Below are positions 31,886-42,199 of a DNA stretch of 64,000 nucleotides, one piece after another. The stretch is from Candidatus Latescibacterota bacterium (lineage in GTDB: Bacteria; Latescibacterota; UBA2968; GCA-2709665). The notes below the pieces were generated by a model. The model was given only the letters and a program-made list of their open reading frames with translations, was not told where the DNA came from and made no database searches. Within the stretch, counting starts at the first letter, position 1, and the number at the start of each line of letters is the position of its first letter. Made by a program: the position numbers and the translations under genes. The stretch spans positions 928,001 to 992,000 of the forward strand of contig OZ250150.1 of the NCBI GenBank assembly GCA_965237675.1, written 5' to 3'.

Positions 31886-33622
31886 ATGCCAGAAAGTCAT
31901 CGCCCGTCAGTCCGCGGGAAACGGTACGTTGTCTCATCGGTGCACTATCTCGCAACCATGGGCGGGGTTCGTATCCTCGAAAATGACGGCAACGCTGCCG
32001 ATGCGGGTGTCGCCGTCGGTATCTGTATCAACGTGCTTCAACCGGGATCCACCCATTTTGGCGGTGTCGCACCGATTATCTATTGCCCGGGTTCGGGCGC
32101 ACCCGTTGAAACCATCAGCGGACTCGGACGCTGGCCTCAGGCGGCAAGCATCGACTACTTCCGAAAATATCACGGCGGCGACCTGCCCCCCGGAATCTTG
32201 CGAACCCTTACACCGGCATCGCCCGATGCGTGGTTGACGGCGTTGGCGCGGTTTGGCACCATGACCTTTGAACAGGTCATCCAGCCCGCGTTAGACCTCG
32301 TCGAAAACGGGCACCCGGTCGATCATCAGTTCCACGCCTTTGTCAGCGGGGAGCTGGGAGATCGGCCATCGACGGCTGCTGTTTTTAATCCCGGTGGACA
32401 TATTCCACAAGTCGGGGAAATTTTTTTCCAGAAGGATCTGGCGAACACCTTCCAGCGGATGATCGACGCCGAACGAGGGGCTGGGGGTGATCGGGAAACG
32501 GGAATCAGAGCCGCGCGCGATCTGATTTACAGGGGTGAAATTGCCAGGGAAATTGCCGATTTCCATGCGCAGGAGGGGGGGCTGCTGACCTACGAAGATC
32601 TCGCTGCATTTTCGGTTCGCGTCGAACCACCGACGCACATCACCTACAAAGGCTATGATGTATATACCTGCGGACCCTGGTGTCAGGGGCCAACGTTGAA
32701 CATGGCGCTGAAGATTCTCGAAGGGGTTGACTTGCAGAGGATGGGGCACGAATCCGCGGACTATCTCCACACAATTATCGAGGGACTCAAATTGGCGTTT
32801 GCCGATCGGGAGGCGTACTTCGGCGACCCCGATTTTGTGCAGGTGCCGATGGCGGGTCTGCTCGATGAGCGCTATGCCGCTGAAAGACGGGGCGCCATTG
32901 ACCCCCAACGAGCTGCTCGTGACATGCCGCCCGCCGGTGATCCGTGGCGATTCCATCCGGAACCGCGTGGGAAAAACGGACCCTTCCCGACCCTGGATCC
33001 GGATCGTCCGCAACCGGAGCGTATATCGCATTGGGAGAGCGATACCAGTTACCTTTGCGCGGTGGACGAACAGGGCAACGCCTTCTCGGCAACCCCTTCG
33101 GATGTCGTTGGTTGGTCCCCGGTCGTTCCGGGCTTGGGTTTTCCCGTCTCAGGACGGGGTACGCAGACGTGGCTTGATCCAGTGCATCCCTCCTGTTTGC
33201 AGCCGTGGAAGCGTCCACGCCTCACCCCAAACCCTGCGCTGGTACTTAAAGATGGAAAGCCGTTTATGCCCTTTGGTTGTCCCGGTGGCGATGCACAGGT
33301 CCAGGGGATGCTGCAGGTGTTCCTTAATATCATTGAGTTCGGAATGGAACCGCAAGAAGCGATCGAAGCCCCCCGTGTCATCAGTCACAGTTTTCCGAAT
33401 TCGTTCTGGCCCCACGGATCATTGCCCGGCGAGGTAACGGTTGAAGCCCGCATCACCCCACCGGTGCGTGAGGCGTTGCGAGGTCGCGGGCACCTCGTCC
33501 AAGATGATGACGATTGGAGCGCAGGGGTCAGCCGGGTGTGTGCGATTACAGTTGATCCTGAGACGGGCACACGCGTCGGTGGTGCAGATCCACGTTCTAC
33601 GTCGTATGCCATCGGTTGGTGA
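31886..33622 (+). CDS. ggt: gamma-glutamyltransferase family protein
   Basis: GNAADAG, QKDLANT, LAFADR..Y.GDP, DTS nucleophile site, PGGDAQVQ, GGADPR. Confidence 0.93.
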   Translation: MPESHRPSVRGKRYVVSSVHYLATMGGVRILENDGNAADAGVAVGICINVLQPGSTHFGGVAPIIYCPGSGAPVETISGLGRWPQAASIDYFRKYHGGDLPPGILRTLTPASPDAWLTALARFGTMTFEQVIQPALDLVENGHPVDHQFHAFVSGELGDRPSTAAVFNPGGHIPQVGEIFFQKDLANTFQRMIDAERGAGGDRETGIRAARDLIYRGEIAREIADFHAQEGGLLTYEDLAAFSVRVEPPTHITYKGYDVYTCGPWCQGPTLNMALKILEGVDLQRMGHESADYLHTIIEGLKLAFADREAYFGDPDFVQVPMAGLLDERYAAERRGAIDPQRAARDMPPAGDPWRFHPEPRGKNGPFPTLDPDRPQPERISHWESDTSYLCAVDEQGNAFSATPSDVVGWSPVVPGLGFPVSGRGTQTWLDPVHPSCLQPWKRPRLTPNPALVLKDGKPFMPFGCPGGDAQVQGMLQVFLNIIEFGMEPQEAIEAPRVISHSFPNSFWPHGSLPGEVTVEARITPPVREALRGRGHLVQDDDDWSAGVSRVCAITVDPETGTRVGGADPRSTSYAIGW

Positions 33623-33691
33623 ATGAACCCACCGAAGGTGGACTTACTATGCAACCGGTAGTCTGAGCTGGTGCTTTTACAGGAAAGGCCT

Positions 33692-35185
33692 ATGCTGACA
33701 CAAACTGATTATGCCGTAATCGCGGCTTACGCAGCATTGATGGCCTGGATCGGAATTCTGGCAAAGCGGAAGTCCGGAAATGTGGAACAGTACTTCGCGG
33801 CGGGGCACGGGTTGCCCTGGTGGATGGCGGCCATCTCACACCATGTGTCGGGATATAGCGCGGTCGCGTTTGTGGGTTTTGCCGGCCGTGCCGCGGTCAC
33901 GGGGTTCAGCATGTGGACCCTGTTTTCGCTTGGCGTGTTCGTGGCGCTGGTGATCGGATGCTTTGTGTGGGCGCCGAGATGGTCCAGGTTGAAAGTTCTG
34001 ACGCCGGTGGAATACCTGGAAGCGCGTTACGGCAATTCCGTGAGGGGTCTGATTGCGATTTCCGGTATTCTCATCAAGTTTATCGACCTCGGCATCAAGT
34101 TGTTCGCGATCTCAATTGTGGTCCACGTGGTTACCGGCTGGGCGGTACTGCCTGTTATCGTTGTTTCGGGTCTGATTACCATCGCCTACGTGTTTATTGG
34201 CGGGCTTTGGGCAACGGTACTTACGGATCTGGTACAGTTCGTGGTCCAACTCGTCATGAGTCTGGCCGTGCTGTTTATCGCGCTGGATATGGTGGGCGGA
34301 TGGAACGCGATGTGGGACAGCTTGCCCCGGGAACGTGCCGGCTTCTTCAACGCGGCGGGGGGGATCAGTACGAGCTTCTGGCTGGTCTATGTGGTTGTGA
34401 TCATTTTCAGCTACAACGGGGGCACCTGGGGACTGGCGCAGCGATTCGTGTCGGTGGCAAAGCCGAGGGATGCCCAGAAGGCGGCGCTTCTGTCGGCGAT
34501 TCTCTACTTGTTCTATCCCATCGTCATTTTCGTCCCCGCGTGGGCCGCGCCGCTGCTGATGCCAGAATACTTCGATCCGGTCACGCTTCAGCCAATCGCC
34601 GGCTTCGATCTGGATCAGACATATATCCTTGTCACGCAGAAACTACTGTCGCCTCTGGCGCCAGGGCTGATCGGACTGCTGGTATGCTCCATGTTTGCCG
34701 CGACCATGTCCATGATCGACAGCGATATCAATGCGCTTGCCGCGGTGTTCACCAAGGATTTCTACCAGCGTAATTTCAAGCGCGAGATCGACGACAGGGC
34801 GTTGTTCAGGGCGGGCATGATCATAACGGCGATTTTCGGCATCGCGGTTGTGGTAACGGCAATTGTGATCTCCCAGAGTCAGGGAATGAATAAGGTGTTT
34901 GCTCTGACCGTAAAACTATTCGGCGGCCTCCTGTCGCCCATCGCAATCCCATTGATGTTCGGGATGATATGGAAACGCCCGACGGCGCGAGGCGCAATCC
35001 TATCGTTTATCGGCGGTGTAACCACCTATTTCATCATGATTCAGTTCACCGACAGGTTCGAGATCTACACGGGGGTGGAAATCCTGGTTGCGCTGGTCAT
35101 CTACTTCGGCGAGAGTTATATCGGCAAGCGCAGCGAGGAGAAGGACGCGGAAGTCGAGGCCTTGTTCGAAAAAATCAGGAATTGA
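33692..35185 (+). CDS. sodium:solute symporter family protein
   Basis: About 13 TM segments; YF.AG..LPWW, EYLEARYG, GGLWATVLTD, AQRF, AATMSMIDS. Confidence 0.92.
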   Translation: MLTQTDYAVIAAYAALMAWIGILAKRKSGNVEQYFAAGHGLPWWMAAISHHVSGYSAVAFVGFAGRAAVTGFSMWTLFSLGVFVALVIGCFVWAPRWSRLKVLTPVEYLEARYGNSVRGLIAISGILIKFIDLGIKLFAISIVVHVVTGWAVLPVIVVSGLITIAYVFIGGLWATVLTDLVQFVVQLVMSLAVLFIALDMVGGWNAMWDSLPRERAGFFNAAGGISTSFWLVYVVVIIFSYNGGTWGLAQRFVSVAKPRDAQKAALLSAILYLFYPIVIFVPAWAAPLLMPEYFDPVTLQPIAGFDLDQTYILVTQKLLSPLAPGLIGLLVCSMFAATMSMIDSDINALAAVFTKDFYQRNFKREIDDRALFRAGMIITAIFGIAVVVTAIVISQSQGMNKVFALTVKLFGGLLSPIAIPLMFGMIWKRPTARGAILSFIGGVTTYFIMIQFTDRFEIYTGVEILVALVIYFGESYIGKRSEEKDAEVEALFEKIRN

Positions 35186-35209
35186 TGCCTCGGCATCTGG
35201 AACACAAAA

Positions 35210-35400
35210 ACAGCCGTAAGCTATCAGCTAAAATCGGTGAGACGAAAGAGGGGAGACGGGAGAGGACCACACCGCACCATGGGACATCGATAGGGCCGGG
35301 CGACATTACCTCGCGGATGCGCAGACCTCTCCCCCCGGCCCCCTCTCCCGGGGGGAGAGGGGGAGCATAAGGCAGCCATCAGCGTACAGCTGTCAGCTTG
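35210..35400. repeat. composite intergenic repeat (CAGC heptads, GTGAGACG unit, CCTCTCCCCCCGGCCCCCTCTCC hairpin)
   Basis: The same units recur at ~44470-44540 and ~45630-45720. Confidence 0.75.
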
Positions 35401-35609
35401 AAGCAAAAGCGAAAATCAAAGGCGGCAACCGGCGGTAAGACCGACTATCCAATGCGGTTTTTCCGATACGACCTTACTGCCGTCCGGTGGCTGAGATGGA
35501 GGCTTTCGTCCGCTGCATAAAACGTGCTGCTCACCATCATCGTCGATCGCCACAACTTGGGGTGAATCCGTCTTTGTCGGTTGGCCAGACACGTGGATTT
35601 CGGTATCAT

Positions 35610-36158
35610 TCATCTTCCAAAGACAAGCTCGATTGCTTCTGTCGCCATGTACATATTGAGGCGTGTTTTCTTCCACGCGTCTTGTGGCGCATTTCTTGGC
35701 CAAGGAAGACTTGGAGTCACCTTTTTCGTTGGACCATTCAGCGCATAGGCTCTCCCGTCGATCACCATCCAAATGATGTAACGCTCGACACCACGAAATC
35801 GGGTCTTGGGTACGTAAATAAAGACGCCCTCGCCCTTTGAATTGCCCACTGCACGGAGATCGGACGCGTTGACGTTAAGCGTATTTTTGCCCAAAGCAGC
35901 CGTAACGACGTTTAGTGCCTGATCTAGGTTAGCAGTCGCGCTCCTTGCCATAGGCTTTGGCTTTTCAATTGTCCTTCGTCTGGCCTCGTTTTCTTTACCC
36001 GCAGTGTCCCCGGCTCTGGTTTTTACTTCGGCTTTTGGTGCGGAAGCCTCCCGTTTTTGCCCGGCGGTCTCCTCTTTTGACTTCGAACCGCCACAGCCGG
36101 GAACCACTATCCAAATACCGAGAAACAGAAGAGCGATTAACGATCTAAAACGTAACAT
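35610..36158 (-). CDS. hypothetical lipoprotein
   Basis: Signal peptide ending VPGC, low-complexity linker, globular C-terminus; RBS GGAGGA. Confidence 0.7.
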   Translation of the reverse strand: MLRFRSLIALLFLGIWIVVPGCGGSKSKEETAGQKREASAPKAEVKTRAGDTAGKENEARRRTIEKPKPMARSATANLDQALNVVTAALGKNTLNVNASDLRAVGNSKGEGVFIYVPKTRFRGVERYIIWMVIDGRAYALNGPTKKVTPSLPWPRNAPQDAWKKTRLNMYMATEAIELVFGR

Positions 36159-36427
36159 ACACTATTCCTCCGTTGGACATGGATCTCCAAGTGAAATCTC
36201 GTAGGCTTTATTGATCGAGACCCATAAGTTAGGAATTCTAAAAATAATCGATCAACATTGAATATGCCAATATTCATCCAGCAGGTCTGCCTCGACGGGG
36301 GTAACCACCGGGGTTGCCACTGCGAAACTAACCTTAGAAATAAGCGATCAGCACAAATATCGAAAAGCAAACGGGCGTAAGACCGACAATGCAAACGACG
36401 GTTTCTCCGTATCGACGTCACAACCGT

Positions 36428-36575
36428 ACGGTGGCGGAGTCGGGGTTTTTCCACGCTGATCCGTTAGGCACCCAAACGCTGAAGTTCCGGATGCGTACTT
36501 AGGGGACAACTTGTAAGATTTGCCACTGCAAGACTCGTGGAAAAATCGGCCCCGCGCCGAGCGCCGCCGTTCTTT
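36428..36575. repeat. ~150-bp self-complementary repeat, copy 1
   Basis: Collinear similarity to 58809..58958; arms TTTTTCCACG and CGTGGAAAAA. Confidence 0.75.
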
Positions 36576-36921
36576 AAAAGGCGGTGAGTCACGTTAGACG
36601 GTAGAGGCGAGAGATTGCCTGCCCCGTGCGGTTTCATTTCTTGCCGGTGGCATAAAGGAAAAACCAATCGGGCAAGCACGTCTTCTCCCGGCTTCCGGCT
36701 CACGTCTACCCGCCTTCAGGTTTTTCCTCTTCCGTCTCCCCGCCTCTCGAAAAGGGCAAGGAAATAGGGGAATTTAGAGGGCGGGGAAGAAGTAAAGAGA
36801 AAGCAAGAACGAAAAAAGAACAAAATACGAGATTCAACATCCACATTTCCCTAGGGCCCCTGCCCTCGGCGGACAAAACTGGCTATTGGTTCGCCAGAAT
36901 ATTATTGATGGGAGTACCTCC

Positions 36922-37977
36922 ATGCTGATCGTCGACGCCCACCTCGATATCGCCTACAACGCGCTCGAATGGGACCGGGACTTGCTCCAGCCCATCGCCA
37001 AAATACGCGAGGCCGAGGCGGGAATGGCGCAGAAGGGCCGCGGCCTGAACGTGGTGAATTTCGCCGAACTGCGGCGCGGCGGGATCGGCCTCTTCTTCGT
37101 CACCATGGGCTGTCGGCTTGCTTCGATGGGCAAGCGCTTTCCCGGGGTGCGCACCCAGGACATTGCCTACGCCAAGTGCAAGGGCGAGTTAGCCTACTAC
37201 CGCCTGATGGAGGCCAAGGGAGTCTTGCGCCAGATACGCGATCGCGCTGAACTCGACGCCCATCTGGCCGAGTGGGACAACGATCCGCAGACGACCCCGC
37301 TGGGGTTTGTTCTCAGCATGGAAGGGGCGGACGGCATTGTGGCGCCCGAACAGGTAGCCGAGTGGTGGGATGAAGGCCTGCGGATCGTGAGCTTATGTCA
37401 CTACGGGGTCAGCTCCTACTCACACGGGACCCAGGCTCCCGGTGGCCTGACGGCCAGGGGCCGCCCCATGCTCGAAGCCCTGGAAGCGGCCAGGATAATC
37501 CTCGATGTGAGCCACCTGGCCGAGCAGGCATTCTGGGAAGCCCTGGAGATTTTCACCGGTCCCCCGCTGGCCACGCACAACTGCTGTCGGACCCTGTGCG
37601 ACCACGACCGCCAGCTCGACAATCGACAGATCAAAACGCTGGCGCAGCGCGGCGGAGTCATTGGCACAGCCATGGACATCTGGATGATCTCACCCTTGTG
37701 GGACCCGGCAGCCATGGACAACACGGGCATCACGCTGGAGACCGCGGTAGACCACATCGACCACGTCTGCCAGCTAACCGGGAGCTGCCGCCATGCCGCC
37801 ATCGGCACCGACCTGGACGGCGGCTACGGCAAGGAGCAGTGCCCCTCCGATCTCGACACCATCGCCGATCTGCGGAAGATTCCCGCCATCCTCGAAAAAC
37901 GCGGTTACTCGCAGACCGACATTGCCGACATCATGCACGGAAACTGGGTCCGCTTGCTGCGCGCGGCGTGGAGATGA
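36922..37977 (+). CDS. membrane dipeptidase (peptidase M19) family protein
   Basis: DAHLD, SMEGAD, LDVSHL, THN, DHIDH, GTDLDG, GNWVR. Confidence 0.92.
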   Translation: MLIVDAHLDIAYNALEWDRDLLQPIAKIREAEAGMAQKGRGLNVVNFAELRRGGIGLFFVTMGCRLASMGKRFPGVRTQDIAYAKCKGELAYYRLMEAKGVLRQIRDRAELDAHLAEWDNDPQTTPLGFVLSMEGADGIVAPEQVAEWWDEGLRIVSLCHYGVSSYSHGTQAPGGLTARGRPMLEALEAARIILDVSHLAEQAFWEALEIFTGPPLATHNCCRTLCDHDRQLDNRQIKTLAQRGGVIGTAMDIWMISPLWDPAAMDNTGITLETAVDHIDHVCQLTGSCRHAAIGTDLDGGYGKEQCPSDLDTIADLRKIPAILEKRGYSQTDIADIMHGNWVRLLRAAWR

Positions 37978-38163
37978 CCAGGATCGAGTGTTCTGTCCCG
38001 GAAATAAGTTGCCAAAATTCGGCCGTCGAGTCGCCCGTCTCGCAAGGCGCCTGAACGCAGGCGACCTGCGTAAGGTCGGCCCAACGCCGCGGGACGGGAT
38101 GAATCGCCGGCCGAATGGTGAGGTAGTTTTGGGACAGGACACTTGTCAGAGGAGTATTCAAAT

Positions 38164-40290
38164 ATGTCGATAGAGAGCAGTTTCTGTTTCGCGCTCGATG
38201 CCACTGCGCTCGAAGTACGAGGTCAGTTCGATCAACTCCAATACTGCGAGCTGAAAAAGGCTATCGTTCTCAATGATATGCTCCTGGTCGAAGACGATGC
38301 GCCAGCCATCGGCCGGCCCCAGGGCGCTGAGGACCGGTCGTGGTTTGAGAAATTGCAGGAAGGCGTGATGGCCCGCAAAGATCTCGTCCTGGATGATCCT
38401 CGCGCCATAGCCGCCTATCTGATCTTCAACGGACGGGAAATGGACGACAATGACCATGCACTCCACATCTCCATCAATGGTCACCACTTGATCCGCCCTC
38501 CGAGCAAGATAGCCCACCCCTCTGCTCGCCACTACTACACCACCGACTGGGGAGGCTCGCACTTCGACAACTGGTTCGTGGTGGCCGTGCCGGTGGGCGC
38601 CCTGCGGCAGGGTACCAATGAGTTCGTCCTGTGGGCCGAATCGGAGGAGACCAGTTGGGAAATCATGGTGGCCGCCGATGGAGAATACAAGCGTGGCTCT
38701 GAAACGCGGCTCTGCCACCCTGACCGCAGCGCCAAGAGCCGAGACGGAGGCCGTACCTGGGATTTTGAGCACCTGGGCTGGAAAGATGAAATCGACGGGG
38801 AGTACACCATCCGCCTCAGTCTGGATCGCAGCGTACCGCAGGGCACCTTTGTCTCGCCGGTGATCGACCTGGCTAAAGGAGAGGATACAAAAAGAATAGC
38901 GAAATTGCTCGACGTGGAAGAGTGCCGGGTAGGATGGGAGGTGGATGTGCCCGAGGGAAGCCAGGTAGAAATAGAGGCACGTCTGGGCGATAATCCAGTG
39001 CCTATAGCGGCCGCGTGGTCCCCTTTCGAGTCCGTAGCGAATTTCTCCAGGACATGGTGCGCTCCTGCTGGACGCTACTTGCAGTTCAAGATTGTCATGT
39101 ACGCCCACAATCCGCTGGTGACGCCGGTATTCAAAGGTATTTCCGTTGAAGCGAAGTGCCGCGAGCACAAGCACCGCTCCAATAGACGTTACCACATTCT
39201 CCGGTTCCGCAACCGTCGCGTCATCCGTCCATCCCTACCCTACGTCCACGAAGAATTCGCCCGCTTGAACGAACTGCGCCACCGCTTTGAACTGGACGCG
39301 ATGGTCTCAGGCGCGGCGACTGAGTTCGAAGCCCAGCTGCAACTCATGCACTGGGCCTACAAAGTGCCGCTCGGTCGCCTGGATGCCTACCAATGGAATT
39401 ACTTTGATCTGCCTCGACTCGATAGGGATGCACGTGGACGCCCCGGTCTGCCGGGCGACTACCAGAAACGCCGACGCGATGGCCACTGCCTCTACTGTAA
39501 CCTGGCCTTAATCGCCGCCTGTCTGGCCATGGGCTTTCCGGCCCGCTGGGTCAACATCTCCACCAAGCACACGTACGGGCACGAAGTGGCCGAAGTATGG
39601 TCCAACGAGTTCGACAAGTGGATATTCCTGGATGCGACGCGCGATTACTACATTTACGATCCCGACACGGGCATTCCCCTGAGTCTGGTGGAAATCAGCG
39701 AACGCCTGGCCGAAATCATGCCGGGACCGGCGACCTGGGAATATCCCATCCAGTGGCGCCTGCCGGACCTCGAAATGCTCCGTGCCGCGCGCGTTGCCTA
39801 TCGCCAGGGCGACAATGCTTTTTCGATTGACGACCTGAGCGGAGGGCCGGAGCACCTGATGCTCAAAGGACACTTGCAAATGGTGCGGCGCAACGACTTT
39901 GTCAGCCGGCCCTGGCCGCTACCGTGGCGACTCTCCAGCAACTGGGGAAGCGATCTCTTCTATTGCTTCTACAGCGATGTGTTCCCCCGCAAACGCGAAT
40001 ACCCCCAACACACCAAGCGCTGGCAGGATTTCAGTCCCCCGCTCAACCAGACGGAACTCTACTTGAGCGAAACCGCCGAGCCAGATGTCCTGCGCGTGGA
40101 TGTAGATACCGAGACGCCTTGCTTTGACGCATTTCTGGTGCAGATCGACAGAGCCGAATGGAGCGAACAAACAGACCCCTCGCTGGAGTGGAGACTGCAC
40201 GAAGGCCTGAACCAACTGCGGCTCAAGGCGCGCAACAGCGCGGGGGTTTGCGGCCCGGATAGCCATGCAGCGGTAGTGATGAATACTTGA
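38164..40290 (+). CDS. transglutaminase-like domain protein
   Basis: Cys-His-Asp triad: GHCLYC...GFPAR...HEVAEVWS...KWIFLD. Confidence 0.75.
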   Translation: MSIESSFCFALDATALEVRGQFDQLQYCELKKAIVLNDMLLVEDDAPAIGRPQGAEDRSWFEKLQEGVMARKDLVLDDPRAIAAYLIFNGREMDDNDHALHISINGHHLIRPPSKIAHPSARHYYTTDWGGSHFDNWFVVAVPVGALRQGTNEFVLWAESEETSWEIMVAADGEYKRGSETRLCHPDRSAKSRDGGRTWDFEHLGWKDEIDGEYTIRLSLDRSVPQGTFVSPVIDLAKGEDTKRIAKLLDVEECRVGWEVDVPEGSQVEIEARLGDNPVPIAAAWSPFESVANFSRTWCAPAGRYLQFKIVMYAHNPLVTPVFKGISVEAKCREHKHRSNRRYHILRFRNRRVIRPSLPYVHEEFARLNELRHRFELDAMVSGAATEFEAQLQLMHWAYKVPLGRLDAYQWNYFDLPRLDRDARGRPGLPGDYQKRRRDGHCLYCNLALIAACLAMGFPARWVNISTKHTYGHEVAEVWSNEFDKWIFLDATRDYYIYDPDTGIPLSLVEISERLAEIMPGPATWEYPIQWRLPDLEMLRAARVAYRQGDNAFSIDDLSGGPEHLMLKGHLQMVRRNDFVSRPWPLPWRLSSNWGSDLFYCFYSDVFPRKREYPQHTKRWQDFSPPLNQTELYLSETAEPDVLRVDVDTETPCFDAFLVQIDRAEWSEQTDPSLEWRLHEGLNQLRLKARNSAGVCGPDSHAAVVMNT

Positions 40291-40440
40291 TTGGCTACAA
40301 GCGTGGGTCAATAGATGAATTAGCCTTGATTCGTCATTTTTCGGGGACATTACATCGAATTTACACAGAAGAACAAAGGCGTTTTGACGTCGGAGTTCCA
40401 GGATGCTTAGGGTCACTGGACGTGAACGGAGAAAATGTCT

Positions 40441-40743
40441 AATCGAACGACCTCAATACCCCGTTTCTGAAGTTTTCGCCGCAGTGTCGCCTTGCTTTTT
40501 TCGAACTGCGATTAATTGCCACAAAAGGCACAAAAACACCTATCCAGTTACTGGAAGTATAACCAGGAGAAACAACGAAATAGCCACGGGATCACGGCGT
40601 CACAACACACGCCGTTCAGTACCTGTTCCTTTTGTGTCTTTTGTGCGTTTTGTGGCCAATTCAAAGGTTGACCAATTGGACGATCTTACGACCCCGTTTC
40701 TGAAGTCTTCGCCGCGGTGTCGTCTTCCTGTTTTTTCGAATTG
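40441..40743. repeat. ~65-bp direct repeats flanking an inverted-repeat MITE-like insert
   Basis: ACCCCGTTTCTGAAGT.TTCGCCGC.GTGTCG twice; GCCACAAAAGGCACAAAA...TTTTGTGCGTTTTGTGGC between them. Confidence 0.75.
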
Positions 40744-40789
40744 AGGTAAGCCCTTCAGCCGGTCAAAGAGTGCTTCGACTTCTCGCTCT

Positions 40790-41971
40790 TCAGTTGTCCT
40801 CCACCGACCCGTCCTCGTACCTGAGTTCCTCGCGGAGTTGCGGTTCGTAGGGGTGCGCCCGCGCCACCTCCTCGTTCAGCTCGAGTCCGAGACCGGGTAT
40901 GTCCGGCAACCTCACGAAACCGTCCTCGATCTGGTACCTGTGCCCGAAGAACAGGTCGTCCCTCCAGTCGGTCTTCTCCCTGGAGGGGTCGTCCGCATAG
41001 GAGGCCATCTCCTGGATGACGCTGTTCGGGCAGTTCAGGCCCATGTGGATCTCGGCGGTGACTCCGACTCTGCTGTAGGTGATGTGGGGTGAGACCTGAA
41101 TATACTGCGCCTCCGCCATGGCCGCGATCTTCTTGAACTCCGAGATGCCGCCGCAGTGGACGATATCCGGATTGAGGTAGCTCACCAGGCGCTTGGCAAT
41201 GATGTCCTGGAAGCCCCACTTGGTGAAGTTCCGCTCGCCCATGCACAGGGGCACCGACGTGCGGTCGCTCAGCCACTCGAGGGCGTCGTTCGATCCTTCC
41301 ACCTGGATCGGTTCCTCCATCCAGAAGGGACGGTAGGGCTCAACGGCTTTGCAATACTCCAGCGCCATGGTCGGCGTCAGCCGGCCGTGTGCGTCGATGA
41401 GGATGTCGAAATCATCGCCCCCTTCGACCCGCATCTCCTCGATCTGCCGGGCTGCCCGGTTCAGGTCCCATGGCATGGGAACGGTGAGAGGGTTGCCGAC
41501 CCTGGTCACCGGCGGCCCGGTCTTGACGGCATTGCATCCCATGCTCCGGGCGCGCTGCACGCCCGACTTTCCGCTGCCGCCGGCGTAGATGCGGACCTTG
41601 TCCCGCGCGGCGCCTCCGAGGAGCTTGTAGATCGGCAGGCCCGCGATCTTTCCGAGGATATCCCACAGGGCGATATCGATGGCGCTGAGGGCGGTGCTGA
41701 AAAGCACGCCCACGTGCCAGCGGTTCCAGCGGTAGAGCCCCTGCCAAAGATACTCGATGTCCGTGGGATTCTTGCCGATGAGGTGGCCCTCCAGGTCTTT
41801 GATGCACTGGGCGATCGTGCCCACCTTGTTGTCGCTGATCGAGCCTTCGCCCAGTCCCGTGATCCCCTCGTTGGTGCTGATCTTCACGAAACAGCAGTTG
41901 CCTTCCACCAGAAAGGTGTCCACGGCGGTGATCCTGATACCGGGGTACTTCGCGCTTCCTTCGTCCGCCAT
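40790..41971 (-). CDS. mandelate racemase/muconate lactonizing enzyme family (galactonate dehydratase-like)
   Basis: SAIDIALWDILGK, LLGGAARD, DAHGR, WMEEP, MGER, GGISE, PGLG. Confidence 0.92.
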   Translation of the reverse strand: MADEGSAKYPGIRITAVDTFLVEGNCCFVKISTNEGITGLGEGSISDNKVGTIAQCIKDLEGHLIGKNPTDIEYLWQGLYRWNRWHVGVLFSTALSAIDIALWDILGKIAGLPIYKLLGGAARDKVRIYAGGSGKSGVQRARSMGCNAVKTGPPVTRVGNPLTVPMPWDLNRAARQIEEMRVEGGDDFDILIDAHGRLTPTMALEYCKAVEPYRPFWMEEPIQVEGSNDALEWLSDRTSVPLCMGERNFTKWGFQDIIAKRLVSYLNPDIVHCGGISEFKKIAAMAEAQYIQVSPHITYSRVGVTAEIHMGLNCPNSVIQEMASYADDPSREKTDWRDDLFFGHRYQIEDGFVRLPDIPGLGLELNEEVARAHPYEPQLREELRYEDGSVEDN

Positions 41972-42199
41972 CGTCAGTGTCTCCTATAACAGGCCGCCCC
42001 TCCACCCCGCGCCCCCAGGGTGAGAGGGTAGACGGGAGAAGGGAGAGGACCACACCCCACCCACCGGTGTCGCGCTCCCATCAGCGATGTACTTTCTCTT
42101 TGATGTGACGAGAGTCCATTTGTGGACTCTCATACGGAAAAGTTACCAAAACGGCTTATGTCTCCCCTCTTCCGTCTTCCCTCTCACGGCTTTTGACAC

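Noticed and set aside
36463-36600. GTTAGGC and GTTAGAC motifs (also GTCTAAC near 1894 and GTTAGAC near 45956) as integron attC sites
   Set aside because: No paired R''/L''/L'/R' structure, no cassette periodicity and no integrase; most fall inside other repeat units.
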